A stretch of DNA of 64,000 nucleotides from Thelocarpon superellum (lineage: Eukaryota). Below the pieces are notes generated by a model. That model searched no databases. It saw only the letters and a list, made by a program, of their open reading frames with translations, and had not been told where the DNA came from. The position numbers were made by a program, and so were the translations under genes. Every line of letters starts with the position of its first letter. The stretch's first letter is position 1. The stretch lies in the NCBI GenBank assembly GCA_026025795.1, contig JAPEUG010000014.1, positions 1-64,000 of the forward strand. Reading direction: 5' to 3'. Positions 1 to 12,991 of this stretch are shown piece by piece.

Positions 1-1454
1 ACGAGGACGGCGATATCAATTTGGATGGAAGAAGGGGCACTTCAAGCGCTCAACCAAGCGAGAGTTGGAAAGTCTAAGGGGAGGAGAAGTCTTGGGGATG
101 ATCGAGCTGCAGCATATGCAGTACATGAAGAACATGGGGGCTTGTACTAGGTAGAGACTTCCAAAAGTACGGGCCTCTATAACAATGGCTTGTAAAATGC
201 ATACTGTCGACGATTGTTTGTCGCTCGCCTGGATGGGTTTCCTCATGGTGGACAAACACGGAAACCCTCGTCCCACCCGTAAATGGTGAATGCGAGTCAT
301 GTTACGCGGGGGTGAAACCTTTCCATCAGCAGCGACAAGACATGTTTGAAGCACGAAGGATGTCTGTCATGGTCGCCGGCATCGGTGCTCTGCAGAATAG
401 CAGTGGACTCATATGGTACCACCATAGTCATGGTATTCACTGGCAGGTAGCGGACCCACTCGACTCGATGGGCGGAGGGTAGGATGCGGCTAGTTGGAGT
501 TTCCGGTCAGGCTGGGGAGCCTGCGCCTCGCTGGAGGAATAGAAGGAGCGACGTGAATTTCACGTGACTCTTCTGCGTGACCTCTCGTAGCATATGGAGC
601 GAGTCTGGCACGCAGCCAGCAGAGCTCCAGCGTTCAACTCGAGTACTACTACGACTGAGCCAGGCATAGGTCTAGGAAGCCCGTTGCACCACGATATCTT
701 AGCTCATCGAGGACGTCTGTTGATTCCGCCTAGCTGTGCACTTCTTCGTCAGAGCTATCTTGACTAGTGGCCGCTTCCGCATGAAGAGGTAGCATACGTT
801 CCCCGTGCAGGAAAGAGAACGGCACGACGACGGGCATGACACGCGGATCAGACACGAAGAAAGTGGACTTGGGGGACACTGCCAATACGTGGCTGGCTGG
901 TGTCGATGGGAGCAGAAAATTCACTGCATTCTACAAAGGTTACCTGGTGAAGAATCATCCAGAATCGGTCAAGCAAACGCTGCAACAAATAGCAGGAATG
1001 GGACACGCAACTCCAAAGGCATTGAACCAAAAGAGCAATTACATGCGGGTGTTGAGACAAGTCAAAGGGATTTGATGGAAATGCCTCCTGACTAGTCTGT
1101 GTATCAATGCTTTTCTTCGGAGTGTGTGCATATAGCTACTTGTGGAAGGAGACGGTGGAATGACCCAGGCTAGCCCTAGGTCACCTGACCAATACATCAG
1201 GTGACGCATAAGACTACTTCCGGTCGTTGGCGGACCGGCCGGGATTTGTGGGGAGCAAGTCTCACGCGGACGAGTGGACCCGGCGAAAAGCCGAGCCAGC
1301 AAGGGAATCGGTCGTCGCCTGTGCTTCGGGAGGACGTCCGGCGCTCCGGATGCGAAAGGGCCATCGCGTGGGCATTGACCACTCCCATCGCCGCGCGTGT
1401 CGGGTCAAGCCAGGCGCAACGGCATAACCGTGGTTTCACTCGTGTGTTTGGCCA

Positions 1455-4183
1455 ATGTCCGTGTCCATGTCCGGGTCGGCAGCGACGCCGCGACGCATTG
1501 GCCGGCCGCGACCTGCGCTGCTGAACCAGTCCTTGGCCACCAGCTCGAACCCGGACGTCGGAGCGTCCTACGCCGCCCGACCACCACCACCGCCTTCCTC
1601 TCCCTTTGCCGCCGCCGGCCTCAGCGCGCGTGAGGTGCTGGCGCGAAAGGCCTCGTTCGACCGCCTGACGTCCAACTCTGCCGCGCCCGACGCGACCTAC
1701 GACTCCCCGCTGAGCCCGGTGGAGGACGAGGACACCATCGCGCCGCCTGCCATGGCACCTGTGACGCCCGCGGGGGCACGAGCCGCCGGGTCCGACGGCG
1801 CGGCCATCGACGTGGGCGACGCGGTCGACGTGCCCGGTGGCATGCACGGCACGGTCAAGTTCATCGGGAGCGTCAAGGGCAAGAGCGGCGTCTTTGCCGG
1901 CGTCGAGCTGAGCCGCGAATTCGCCGCGCGGGGCAAGAATGACGGTGACGTCGACGGGTGAGCGCGTCGAGTCACGCATCGCCCCCAGCGCTGGCCGACG
2001 CACTGCTAACGGTCGCGGCTAGCATCCACTACTTCCAAACCTCGCTGCCCCACGCCGGCATCTTCTTGCCCCTCGCCCGGGCGACGAAACGGGCCTCCCC
2101 GAGCGTGTCGCTCGACTCCTTTCCACCGACGCCGACGACGCCGTCGGCGGCGCCCTTTCACCGCGGTAGCCAGGGAGATGGACCGCCATCCGCCAGCGGC
2201 AACGCCTACACCCCACCGACCCCGTCCGTGCCCAAATTCAGCCAGTCCGTCGGTCCCGGACGCGCACCCAGCCCCCAATTCAAGCCGCGCGGACGTCCCT
2301 CCCTCCCTCGGCCCGAGTCGCCCATCCGACGAGCGCCTGGGCTCACCTCAACCCCAGGGACTCGGCCATCGCTCGGGGGCCAAGGGTCGACGACCAACGG
2401 GATCGGCCAGGCGCGACACGCGCCAAGTCCGACGCCGGGCAAATTTGGCGCCAGCCTCGGCGCCCGGCGGGCCGTGTCGAGCGCCACCCCAGGCGGCGAC
2501 CCGGGCAAACGGCCCGGCTTCACGCCCAAGGGTGGGACCAAGACCACCGGGGGTTCCGGCCTGAGCAAGCAGTCCCACTTTGACGACGTGGAGGGCGATG
2601 CAAACCCCATCGGCGTGGCGCAGACGGGTGACGACAGCCGCCGATCGTCCATTGGCTTCACGCCCCGGCCACGACCCGTGTCGATGCAGGCGGAAGAGGA
2701 AGTCAAACGGCTTCGCGGACAGATCGAGGAGCGCGACCGGCAACTCAAAGGCCAGGCCGCCAGTCTCGCGGAGATGGAGAATAGCCTGGCGGAACTCCAG
2801 TCCTTGATGCCGTCCAACGGCTCCGATGGCGGCGGTCGTGGCGGACGAGGAAGCCTGGACGAGAGCGACACGACCCACCTCCGCAGTCTGCTGCGTGAGA
2901 AGAACGAGAAGATTGCCATGTTGACGGCGGAGTTCGATGCTCACCGGGCCGACTTTCGGAGCACCATCGACACCCTGGAGATGGCCAGCACGGAGACGGA
3001 ACGAGTATACGAGAGGAAGGTGGAAGAACTGAAAGAGGAGGTGCGCGACCTCAACGAACGCAGCGAAGACGTGGAGAGCGTGGCGCAACAGTTGAAGCAG
3101 CTTGAGGAGCTGGTGCAAGAGCTGGAGGAGGGGCTTGAGGATGCCCGTCGTGGCGAGGCCGAGGCCCGGGGCGAGGTGGAGTTCCTCCGGGGCGAGGTCG
3201 AGCGGGGACGCTCGGAGCTTCGACGGGAGCGCGAGAAGGCGGCGACGGCGATGCGTGGCGCGGGGGCGCCGGTCGAGGTCGCGCCCCCGCCGGGTGGGAC
3301 CAAAGAAGTGGAGCAACGCGACGATGAGATTCGCGGCCTGAAGGCCATCATCCACTCGCTCAGTCGCGACGCGGTCTCCGAGGTGGGTAGCTCCAGCGTC
3401 GACTCCCCGACCAACCGACGGGCCACGGGGCAGGCGCGCACCAACGGATCCATCGGTCGCACGAGCCTGCAGCTGTCGGAGGAGCGGCTAGCGCGCGAGA
3501 CGTTGCAACGCGAGGTCAAGGAGTTGCAAGGCCTGGTGGAACGGAAGAGCTTCCGCGAGGACCAACTGGAACAGGAGCTCCATCGGATGCGCAAGGACTC
3601 GGGCTCGTCGGGGCAACGGGGGAGCTTCCGCACCATTGGCAGCCAGGGGCCGGGGCATGCGGCCATCCCATCGAGCCACTACTCGTCCAAGCACAATTCC
3701 GGGGCGACCAACATGAGTTGGCGCGATGGACCCCGGTCGTCCGATCCGCCACGTCGCGTGGTGCAGGAGACCATCACGGAGCGTCACGCGCCGCCGGATA
3801 AGGATGCGCAGGTGTTGTGGTGTGAGATCTGCGAGACGTCGGGACACGACATCCTGACCTGTACCAACATGTTCGGCAAGCAGCAAGCACAGCACCACGA
3901 CGGGCCCGTCGACCCTCGACGCAACGGCAAGGACGTGGTGATGGAGGGGCTGAGGAACATCTCGACGCACGGGCAGCCTCCGCAGCACTCAGAACACGTC
4001 GTGTCTCCCCTGAAGCCCACCTCGCCCCTCCCTCCGCCTCCGGCCAATCCGATGCCAAACCCGACGGAGACGGGAATGGTGGCGGGCAAGGCGAGTGGGG
4101 TGATCGATCCCGACAAATGGTGTGCCCTGTGCGAGCGAGACGGACATGAGAGTGTGGATTGTCCCTTTGAGGATGCCTTTTAG
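1455..4183 (+). CDS. CLIP-170/Bik1/Tip1-like microtubule plus-end tracking protein (CAP-Gly, coiled coil, two C-terminal zinc knuckles)
   Basis: Removing GT-AG intron 1958-2022 gives the CAP-Gly motif GVELSREFAARGKNDGDVDGIHYF; long coiled coil; CCHC knuckles WCEICETSGHDILTC and WCALCERDGHESVDC; acidic-aromatic C-terminus FEDAF. Confidence 0.9.
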
Positions 4184-4777
4184 GCGGAGATTTGTGGGAG
4201 GGGGGTGTAGGGCGGAGCGGAGGAAAGCGGGAGTGCAGGCAGCACCTGATACCGGATTTCCGCATCCTCATGTCGCTATGACTATAATGCGTGAGCGTGA
4301 GCCTCTGGCGGGGGTGTCAAGAGGGGCGTACATGCAAAGATATCCATTGATTGAGGGTAGGAGAGACTACCATCAGCATCAAGGCATGGCTGTTGAGCGT
4401 GTGCGTGAGGGTGATGTAGTCGGAGTATGATGGTGGCTGGTGGGATGTGATCGGCTGTGTCAATAGATACGAGCACGCCGGCTTCGCTACCGACGGGGAG
4501 CTGAGGTGAACAGATGGGCACCTCCCACCCGATCCGTTAGCTACAAGCACACAAGCAGTCAAGCAACCACGACCGCCACCATCTCTCCCAATGCCGCGCC
4601 GGAAGGCCTCCGTCACGTTTCTCCATCACTGAGTCGATCCTCGTTGTCCTTGGCTCATCCGCCGCCCCTTGGCCGCTGGGAGCGGTCCGTCGTCCACCTC
4701 GGAGCTTACTCTCCGGAGTGCTCCCCGAATACCGCCCGTCTCTCTTCGTTCGTCGTCAGCGTCCCCCAACCACCACC

Positions 4778-6213
4778 ATGGCGCAGTATCTCCTCGATCT
4801 AGTCTACTCCCTGACCAACTGCATGTGTTGCTTCCCCGGATCACCGCAGTTACGCATTAACCACAAGAGCTTCAAGATTCTGCGCTTACTAGGAGAGGTG
4901 GGTTGAGCGGCGCCATCCGCTCCGACGAATGGAGCATGCTGACAGCTGGCGTCAGGGAGGCTTCTCCTACGTCTATCTGGTGTCGGAGACGTCGACGGAA
5001 TCGCTCTACGCGCTGAAGAAGATCCGATGTCCCTTCGGCCAGGAATCGGTGTCGCAGGCGATGAAGGAGGTGGAGGCCTACACGCTGTTCAACCCGCACC
5101 CGAACATCATCACCTCTGTGGACTACTCCGTCCAAGCCGACAAGACCGATCCCGGCGCCAAGACGGTGTATATTCTGCTACCCTACTACCGGCGCGGCAA
5201 CCTGCAGGACATGATCAACGCGAACCTCGTCAATCATACGCGCTTTCCCGAGCGGCAGCTGATGGTGCTCTTACTGGGCGTGTGCAAGGCCCTGAAAGCC
5301 ATGCATCAGTACCGGGTGAAGCGGGGGGCGGGAGGCGCGGAGAGTCGCGGACGAGCGGGGCGGGTACGGGACGAAGCCGAGCGAGCGGACGACGAGGCGG
5401 CCGCGAATCGCATGCAGCGACGGGGGCGGAGTCGAGAGCGAGAACGGGACCGGGACGACGAAGACGTGGAACAGGAGCCGTTGATGGAGGGGGAAGTGAC
5501 ACGCGCACAGGAGGGGGTAGAGGAGGGTGCGATTCGAGCTTACGCCCATCGGGACATCAAACCCGGTAAACATGCCCCATCCGCCCCTATCTCCTGCTTG
5601 TCTCTAATGGCCGGTACGTACAGGCAACATCATGATAGCAGACGACGGCGTGACGCCGATCTTGATGGACCTGGGCTCGCTCTCGCCGTCACCGACACCC
5701 ATCACGTCACGGTCGCTGGCACTCGCGGTGCAAGACACAGCCGCCGAGCACTCGACGATGCCCTACCGCGCGCCGGAGCTGTTCGACGTGAAGACGGGCT
5801 CGGTGATTGACACGAAAGTGGACATCTGGTCGCTGGGCTGCACGCTGTACGCGTGTCTGGTGGGCAAGTCGCCGTTTGAAGCGCGCAGCGAAGAGACGGG
5901 CGGGAGTCTCAGCCTGTGCGTACTCGGCGGCGACTGGCGCTTTCCCGACGACGGGAAAACGAGGGGAGGCGGGAAGGGGAAGGTGGGGACTGCAACGACG
6001 ACTGGAGGGGCCAGCCAAGCGAGAGGCGGTGCGGGAGGAGGAGGAGGAGGGGGAGGAGGAGAGGGAGGAGAGTGGAGTGACGGAGTGAAAGATCTGATCC
6101 GGCGCTGTCTGCGCGTCGAACCGAACGAGCGACCGGACGTGGACGAGCTGATCGGAATGGTGGAGGATGTGATTTTGTCGTTGGGCTTGGGGGAGGATTC
6201 GTCGGGGGAGTAG
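4778..6213 (+). CDS. ENV7: NAK-family Ser/Thr kinase, Env7/STK16-like
   Basis: Introns 4898-4955 and 5566-5623; N-terminal CMCC Cys cluster, LGEGGFSYVYL, ALKKIRC, HRDIKPGN, MDLGS, TMPYRAPELF, DIWSLGC. Confidence 0.9.
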
Positions 6214-6300
6214 GAGTAGGGGTAGAGCAGCTTGGGAGGACCGATGGTTGAATGTAGAGTAGGTCACTTGATCTCACATGTAGGACAAGGAGGGGGGTAT

Positions 6301-6341
6301 CTCGCTCGTTCGTTCGTTCGCTCGCTCGCTCGCTCGCTCGC
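6301..6341. repeat. (CGCT/CGTT)n tetranucleotide microsatellite
   Basis: ctcgctcgttcgttcgttcgctcgctcgctcgctcgctcgc between two convergent genes. Confidence 0.85.
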
Positions 6342-6461
6342 GATGCAATCCGATAGGTAGTTATCGGTCAATCAATCCCACAAGACCCAACCATCCATCC
6401 ATGCAGCGTCCACCCAAGTACCATCCTATCCACCCACGAAACAATAATGGGAGTAGAAAAG

Positions 6462-8422
6462 TCAGAGTTCACAAGTACAGAACGGCTCGTCGTCTAGCAC
6501 CCTGCTGCGTCTCGCCTGCCCCAGCCCACTCCCACCATCGCCCTGGCTGAGACGGCGAAGACCGCTTTCAAGGTCCACGAACTGGAATGTGGCGCTCTGT
6601 TCGCGATCGCCGCCTTCTTCTCCCCCCCCTCGTCCTCCTCCCGTTTCTGCTGCTTCGTCCCGTGCTTCTCTGGGCGCTGTGCCGTGCTCGCCATGGGTGG
6701 CGGGGATGGTGGGTTGGCCCACTCTTAGTTCCATCTCCTCTCTGCCGTCGTCTGCTGGTGGTGGATGTGAATGCATCGCGTATACCTGGGGATGCGGATG
6801 CGAAAACGTCATGGAGGTAGGTGAAGCGATCGGGTCCTCGCCCCCGGCCCCACCCCCACCGCTCAGGATAGACCCCCGGTTTCCCTGAATCGGCAACATG
6901 TCGACCGAGGTAGAAGTACGTGAGGTGCGCGCTCCCTGGATCGGTAATTCCGTCGTCGACACGGACCGGCCCGTCGTGGAGATGGCCGTGCCGATTCGCT
7001 GCTCCTCTTCTCCCTCGCCCGCAGAAGATCGCGCCTCCATGGGCATCATTTCCATCAGGATCCGTGGTTTCGCGTGCGCCAGCTCCGTTGTCGACTCGCC
7101 CACCCCGGCCCCCGCCTCGGCCACCGTGCGCTCGGACCGGACCGACCGCCGACGCTGGTCGCCCTGATATCGACTCGTGAGAGTCTTGCCGGAGTCTTGG
7201 CTGAAGCCAGGCAGCGAGGAGAACCACGCCCTCGGTGCCTTCGGCTTGCCGCAGTGCCGGCAGACGGATTTGCGCTGCAGGATGTATCTCTGGAGGCTGG
7301 ATGACAGGCCTGAGAATGGGACTGACGGTGTCTCGTCGGCGTAGCGCTGGCTTGCGCTGAGAAAGTAGATGCGGAATGACGGAAGTGTTGATACGATCAC
7401 GGCGATGCTGGACTCGAGCGCGGTCCAGAGGGTGAGGGAGATGGGATCCGCCTTTTCAAGGCTCGAGATCGATGTCGGTGTGAAGGTTGCCGTGGACTCC
7501 ACGGCGCGGAGGGCGGCAAAGACGATGACGACTACCGCCAGCAGGAAGATGCCTGCCAATCCCAGTTTCTGCCCCGTCGTTACTCGTAGATCCCACAGGA
7601 TAGCCAAGGGGACGGCCATGACTGTTCTCAATTAGCTTTGCCCTACCTCCACCATCCCTCCTGGGACTCACTCATTGCGTCGGTGATGATGTCCACCGAC
7701 GTCCCGTATTGAATCTGCAGTCGCGCTCGGTCGATGCTCTCTGGACTCAAACACGCGCCTGATCGGGTCAGTTGGCGGCCCACGTCGCCAATCTAGCTCG
7801 TCGTGGTGTCTTACTGATCGAAAAATAGGCCATCGGTGACCCACACGCACACAGCCAAATGGCCATGTTGCTCACGAACGCCAGGATGGTAATGCTCGTG
7901 ACCAGCCACCAGGCTATCAGATGGTTCCTCAACCCGAGAAAGAAGCGCCGATAAAAGAGCAAAAAGGCAAATTTGACCGACCACACGATGGAAAAGAAGA
8001 GGGTAAAGGTGGCGAACTGGATGTTGGAATAGATGGGCAGCTGCGTCTCCAAAAAGTCCGCTTCGAAGAACGTCTGGCCCGACGTGATGGCCGTGACTTT
8101 GTAGATGATGGGGATCGCCCGGGTGTAAAGGCCGGCACTGACCATGAGCATCGACCATGCCAGCATGTGGAAGGCATCGTCCCACATCAATTGGCCCAGC
8201 TTGAAGTAGCGCACGTAGAGTCGAAACCCCGTCAAGATCGTGGCGATGCCCCCGAGCACCCAGATGACCGCCTACGAAAGCTCTCGTCAGCGGAGGTCCT
8301 CAATCCTCAAGCTCCTCGTGCGACTGGCTCTGGCTGTCGTTCTGGCTCTCGATCTCGCCGCTGCCCTCGCCCTCGTCGTCACTCACCAGGAGTCCTGGCT
8401 CGGAAATGTCGCCAAACACCAT
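6462..8422 (-). CDS. PTH11-like (fungal rhodopsin-domain) integral membrane protein, without CFEM domain
   Basis: Four exons read MVFGDISEPGLL|AVIWVLGG...RLYVR...WDDAFH...WSVKFAFLLFYRR...C...|...DIITDAMI|MAVPLAILWDL...QKLGLAGIF...WTALESSIAVIVSTLPS; introns include 8272-8386 and 7759-7814; long low-complexity C-tail. Confidence 0.85.
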
Positions 8423-10086
8423 GGCTCAAGTCCTGCTGCTGCTCCACAGATTCCACGACATCCAGGCGATGTGCAGCGGAGACGCTGCTGAGGCTGGCCC
8501 GACTGCGCCGAAGCTGCGCGCGCCATTGGAATTAGAGATCGGCGACTAAAGAGGGTAACAATGTGGGGGGGTGTGTGGGAAGGGAATCCCTAGCCCGGGC
8601 ATCCGTACGCTACGGAGACGCGTCTACAAGGCACGGACGCTACGGGCTTGGAGCCCTTCTTGTTCTTTGCAGCTGGGGGGGTCTCCGCAGTACGAAATGC
8701 TCGGACCCTTGGTTGCACGGCAGTACGGCTGAGGGTCTCTGCTGGTCTTGGTACCAAGTACTGCTGCCCTCCTCCTCGCGTGCCCGTGTCCTGGTCCCTC
8801 CGATGCTGTCAGCCCGGGTGAGACAGGATCGCTACTGATGGGCATTTCTAGTCATGCGAGCGTGCGCTTAACATACTGGTACTTCCGGCCGCCCGCCTTC
8901 TCGGCTTCTCTCCCATCGCTGTGCCGCGCCGCCCACCGCCCATCGCCCACTGCCAACCGCGACACACCACAACCGTGCCTTCCACCACCGCCTTCCGCCC
9001 TTTCGCGTGCGGCCCAGCTGCTTGACAATGGGGTGCATTCGTTCAGGAGTTGCGCCACCAATGCGTCTAGTTTGAACTTCTCGCGCTAATACACCCATAG
9101 CTTACGCGAAGACAAAGGCCGAACCCGTGCGCGTTTGCGCACTGCTCACATCCTGGCCCACGGGCTGGATAAGCTATGGCCTGCCGACACCCCTGGCTCC
9201 GTCAACGTGGCCGCATCGAGTTCGAGTACGAGGAACATGCACGTCGGGAAAATGGCCTCGGAACGTGCAGATGGGAATTCTGCACGAGCGATCATTACTG
9301 AAGCCCCCAGCCAGCGCCAGGGTCCTGCGCGATGGCGGAAAAACCGGTCCGTGCTTGGGCAGTTGGTTGCTTAGCGAGTAACTATGTCATTCGTACGAGG
9401 ACGGCATGCATCGACCAGTACGACGAGGCAGAAAAGTCGTGCCGACTCCCGCTCGGTCGGTCAGGATGGGGGGCCTCGTACTTGTCGTCACGCGTGAGTC
9501 AAGTACCAGGCTCCGAACCGTTGGCCGGCCTCGTAGCTTCGCCCATCCCGTCCAAGACCGAAGACCGAAGAACTTCTCCCGCCGCTCACGCTGGGGCAGC
9601 GCATGATTTGGTCCCCACTACGAAGCTAGTAAGTAGGGCCACTCTCGTCTCCTCGCTGGCTCCGGGCCCTCGGTTGCTGCTGGTAGGAACGGCTCAGCGG
9701 TTAAGAGACAACGGCCACCACCCCCACCACCTCGCACCGCCGGGGCGGCGGTTCGCTTAGGCCCGGACTGGACCAAGCACCAGTCCGACGAGGCTACGCA
9801 GTTCTAGATGAGCAGACTGGTAGGCACAAAGCACAGGGTGATCTCCAAAAGTCATTTACCATTCACGTACAAAGTGCAAAGCACCGGGAACAACGAAGAT
9901 GCTACCACTACCAGTCACGGTATCTTGTTGTGCCTTGTGCATTGCGTGTGCTTGCCTTTCCATGAGTACCATAGATGTGCAGGCTCAAGAGCAACAGCGT
10001 CCCGAGAGACTCGTCCGAGACGTACAGTCGTATCATACCATCCATCCCATCAAATCCTCGCGCAATTCACCCCCGCCTTCATCGCG

Positions 10087-12337
10087 CTAATCACCATTGG
10101 TGAGGCGAGGCAATCCCACGGCCTCGTTGATCCAATCCAGCACGACCTCGTGCCAAAGTTTGGAATTTTCCGGCTTCAGCACCCAGTGGTTTTCGTCGCC
10201 GAAACGGAGGAAGCGGCTCTTGACCCCCCGCGCCTGCAGCACGTTAAACGCCGCCAGGCCCTCGGAGAGCGGCAGGCGGAAGTCGAGGTCGTTGTGGATG
10301 ACGAGGTGTGGCGTGGACCAATTGCCTGTGAAGCGCGCCGGATCCCATCGCTCGTAGGAGGCCCGGTTCTCCCAGAGCGTGCCCTTGAATTCGTGCACGG
10401 GAAAATACAACTCCTCCGTCGACCAGGCCGACGTGGTCGAGAAGACGCCGTCATGCGTGACGAGGGCTTGGAACTCGCGACCCAGTTCCTGCCCTTGGAT
10501 CCAGTTCATCATGTAGCCTCCGTAACTGGCGCCCAGCGCCACGGCCCGGGTCGTGTCGACATATGGCATCGTGTCCGTGATGGACGCAAACCCCGCAACC
10601 AGGTCCTCGTAGGGCCGTCCACCCCACTGATCTTGGATGGCGTCGACAAAGTCTTGCCCATATCCCGTGCTGCCGGTCGGGTTCGGCATCACCACGACGT
10701 AGCCCTGTTCCGCGAAGATGGCCGGATTCCACCGCGTGCTCCAGCTGTCCGTCCACGCGCCTTGTGGTCCACCGTGGACGAGGTAGGCGAGGGGATAGCG
10801 GTTCCGCGGGTCGAACTCCGATGGCACCATCACCCACGCATGCACTCGACGATCGTCCGCACCACGGAACCAGAGGTGAGACACTTGGCCCGGGTGGAGA
10901 CCCAACAGCTTCCCGTGCATCGTGTTGGACGATACCGTCCATTCGCGCGCGGTCGAGGTGGGGTCATAGATCGACCATCGGCTGTTGTCCAGAAACGAGG
11001 TGCTCGAGATGAGTAGCTCACTCGTCCTGGTGCTCAACGGCTGCACCGACGAGATGGAACCCGGTAGACTTTCGACCGGCTCGAACTTGAACCCAGCGCA
11101 GGCAAAGTCCGTCGGCGCCATGAAGAGGCGCACGCGGCCATGATATTCCACCGTCAGCAGGAGCGTGCCTCCATGGCTCCACGTGACGCTGCTCGGGCTG
11201 AGGTTGGGGAGCCCCTCCGCCGACACGTCGCGGATGCGTTGCACCTGAACGCGACTCAAGCATTCGACATCGGGAACCATCACCACATGGTTCAGGTCCG
11301 ACTCATACTTCGGGTCCATCATGCGAAGGAAGGTGATGCTTGCCCCGAGCGGCGAGAAGGCCGGCGACGTGCTCGCCCCACAAAGCCCATCGGTCGGGAT
11401 GATCTGCGGTCGCGGCGCCGGACGCTCGGTGAAGGAGTGGAGGGGAACAAAGTATGCGCTGGACGTGGTGTGGAGCGCCTGGTTGACCGATGGGTCCTTG
11501 GCGATGAAGACGATGCCCCGCGGGCCGATGTCAAAGTGGTCCGTCCCTCCAAAGGGCGGGATGGGCGACTCTAGCTCGCGGTCTGCGATCGCATTGCTAA
11601 AGCCACGCGACGCCAAGGAACATCGAAGACCGTCCGAGGCCAGATTGTTGTTGACGAACGTCATCTTCAACGCGCCATACCAGATCGTACTCTTGTACCG
11701 CGTGACGTAGGAGTCCCAGTGCCGCACGAACAGCGAGTCGTACACCTTGCCCGTCGAATGCGACGTCCACCGCCGCTTGGGATTCAAGAGAAGACCGCGC
11801 GGGGTGATTTGACCCGTCACCGCAACGGCGATCGTTCCATGCTCAAGCCGGCGGACCTTGAGATTCGACACGGGGCCGTTGAAGCGGTGGACTTCATAAT
11901 GCCTGTGGTGCCGTCAGTCCAGTCCGAACGGCGCCCGCAACGCGCATGCGCCTTCAGCAACCCACGTGGAGCTCGGCGTGCCCAGGTCACCCGTCATCAG
12001 CCGGGTGGACCCATCGCCCTCGCTCTGGAGCCAGATGATCCTCGTGCCGTATCCGAGCCAGTTGGGATCGGAGGCTTTCACGTCGCTGAGCAGCAGCTCC
12101 GAGTGCCGCGCCGCGATGTTGTACACCCGCACCTCGGACGTCTGCGAGTGGGACTCGAACGAGTAGATGGACACGGTGTAGAGCAGCAGGTTGCCATCGG
12201 GATGGGCGATGGGGTTGCTCCGTCGCGGGGTGCTTAGCAGGACCCTACGTCGATCAGCGACAGCACTGGACCGTGGTGCGCATGCCCGGGCCTCGACCGA
12301 CGTACTCTGGCGTGAACTTGGTGACTTGAACTAGCAT
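10087..12337 (-). CDS. DPP5: Dipeptidyl-peptidase V-like S9 serine peptidase, no obvious signal peptide
   Basis: Start MLVQVTKFTPE|VLLSTPRRS; introns 12245-12305 and 11903-11965; LFVRHWD, HGGPQGAW, NPTGSTGYGQ, catalytic GASYGG, HNDLDFR, DENHWV. Confidence 0.9.
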
Positions 12338-12709
12338 CCTGGGCGAGGAACGCGACGCGATGTGGATTGGCCTGGTCGTGGGGCTCGAGCTCCAGTTCCG
12401 CCCAACGTTTGGCGGGGTCCGGACAGGCGATGTCTACGGATGCGAAGGGCGGCGCACTGGCCGGCCGAACGGCAACGTACGGAGGACGATGGAACCCCAT
12501 TGGGCAACGGGATCAAATTGAATCTATCGCAACAACGTGGAAACTCGATCGGGCACGGGATATGGGCACGTCTCCACCTTCGTCGGCGTCTGTATCTTCA
12601 TCCATCATCGAGACGATATGCGTAGCGTAGCGTGGCGTGGGGAAGAGCAAGCAAGCCGCGACATGCAAGGCCGAGCGACCAGAACGACAAAAGAGATTCC
12701 ACCTCCGCA

Positions 12710-12769
12710 ACCATCGACCCCTCGACCATCGACCCCTCGACCATCGACCCCTCGACCATCGATCCCCTT
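12710..12769. repeat. 15-bp tandem repeat (ACCATCGACCCCTCG) x about 4
   Basis: Three perfect copies from 12710 plus a degenerate fourth, downstream of the eIF4A stop. Confidence 0.9.
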
Positions 12770-12991
12770 CCGAAATCTAGGCAGATCGAACCTGCTTTTC
12801 AATCGCTTCCATTTCCTTTCCTCACGGGCCGGGCGAACCAGCACCGCTCGCTATCACAGGCCCCCCAAAAGGGAGGTTCCCTCACCCAGCAGCGTGACCG
12901 TCGTTGACGAGACGCGGTCAGGCTGCCTCGGTGAGGAGCGTGATGTACCAAATGGATGTCGCCGCATCCTCGTCATCGCCATGCGCGAACT

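Noticed and set aside
9808..11016. 402-aa + strand ORF (also 13192-14175, 43686-44804, 2348-3355, 62928-63734)
   Set aside because: Antisense shadows of GC3-rich real genes; no recognisable domains
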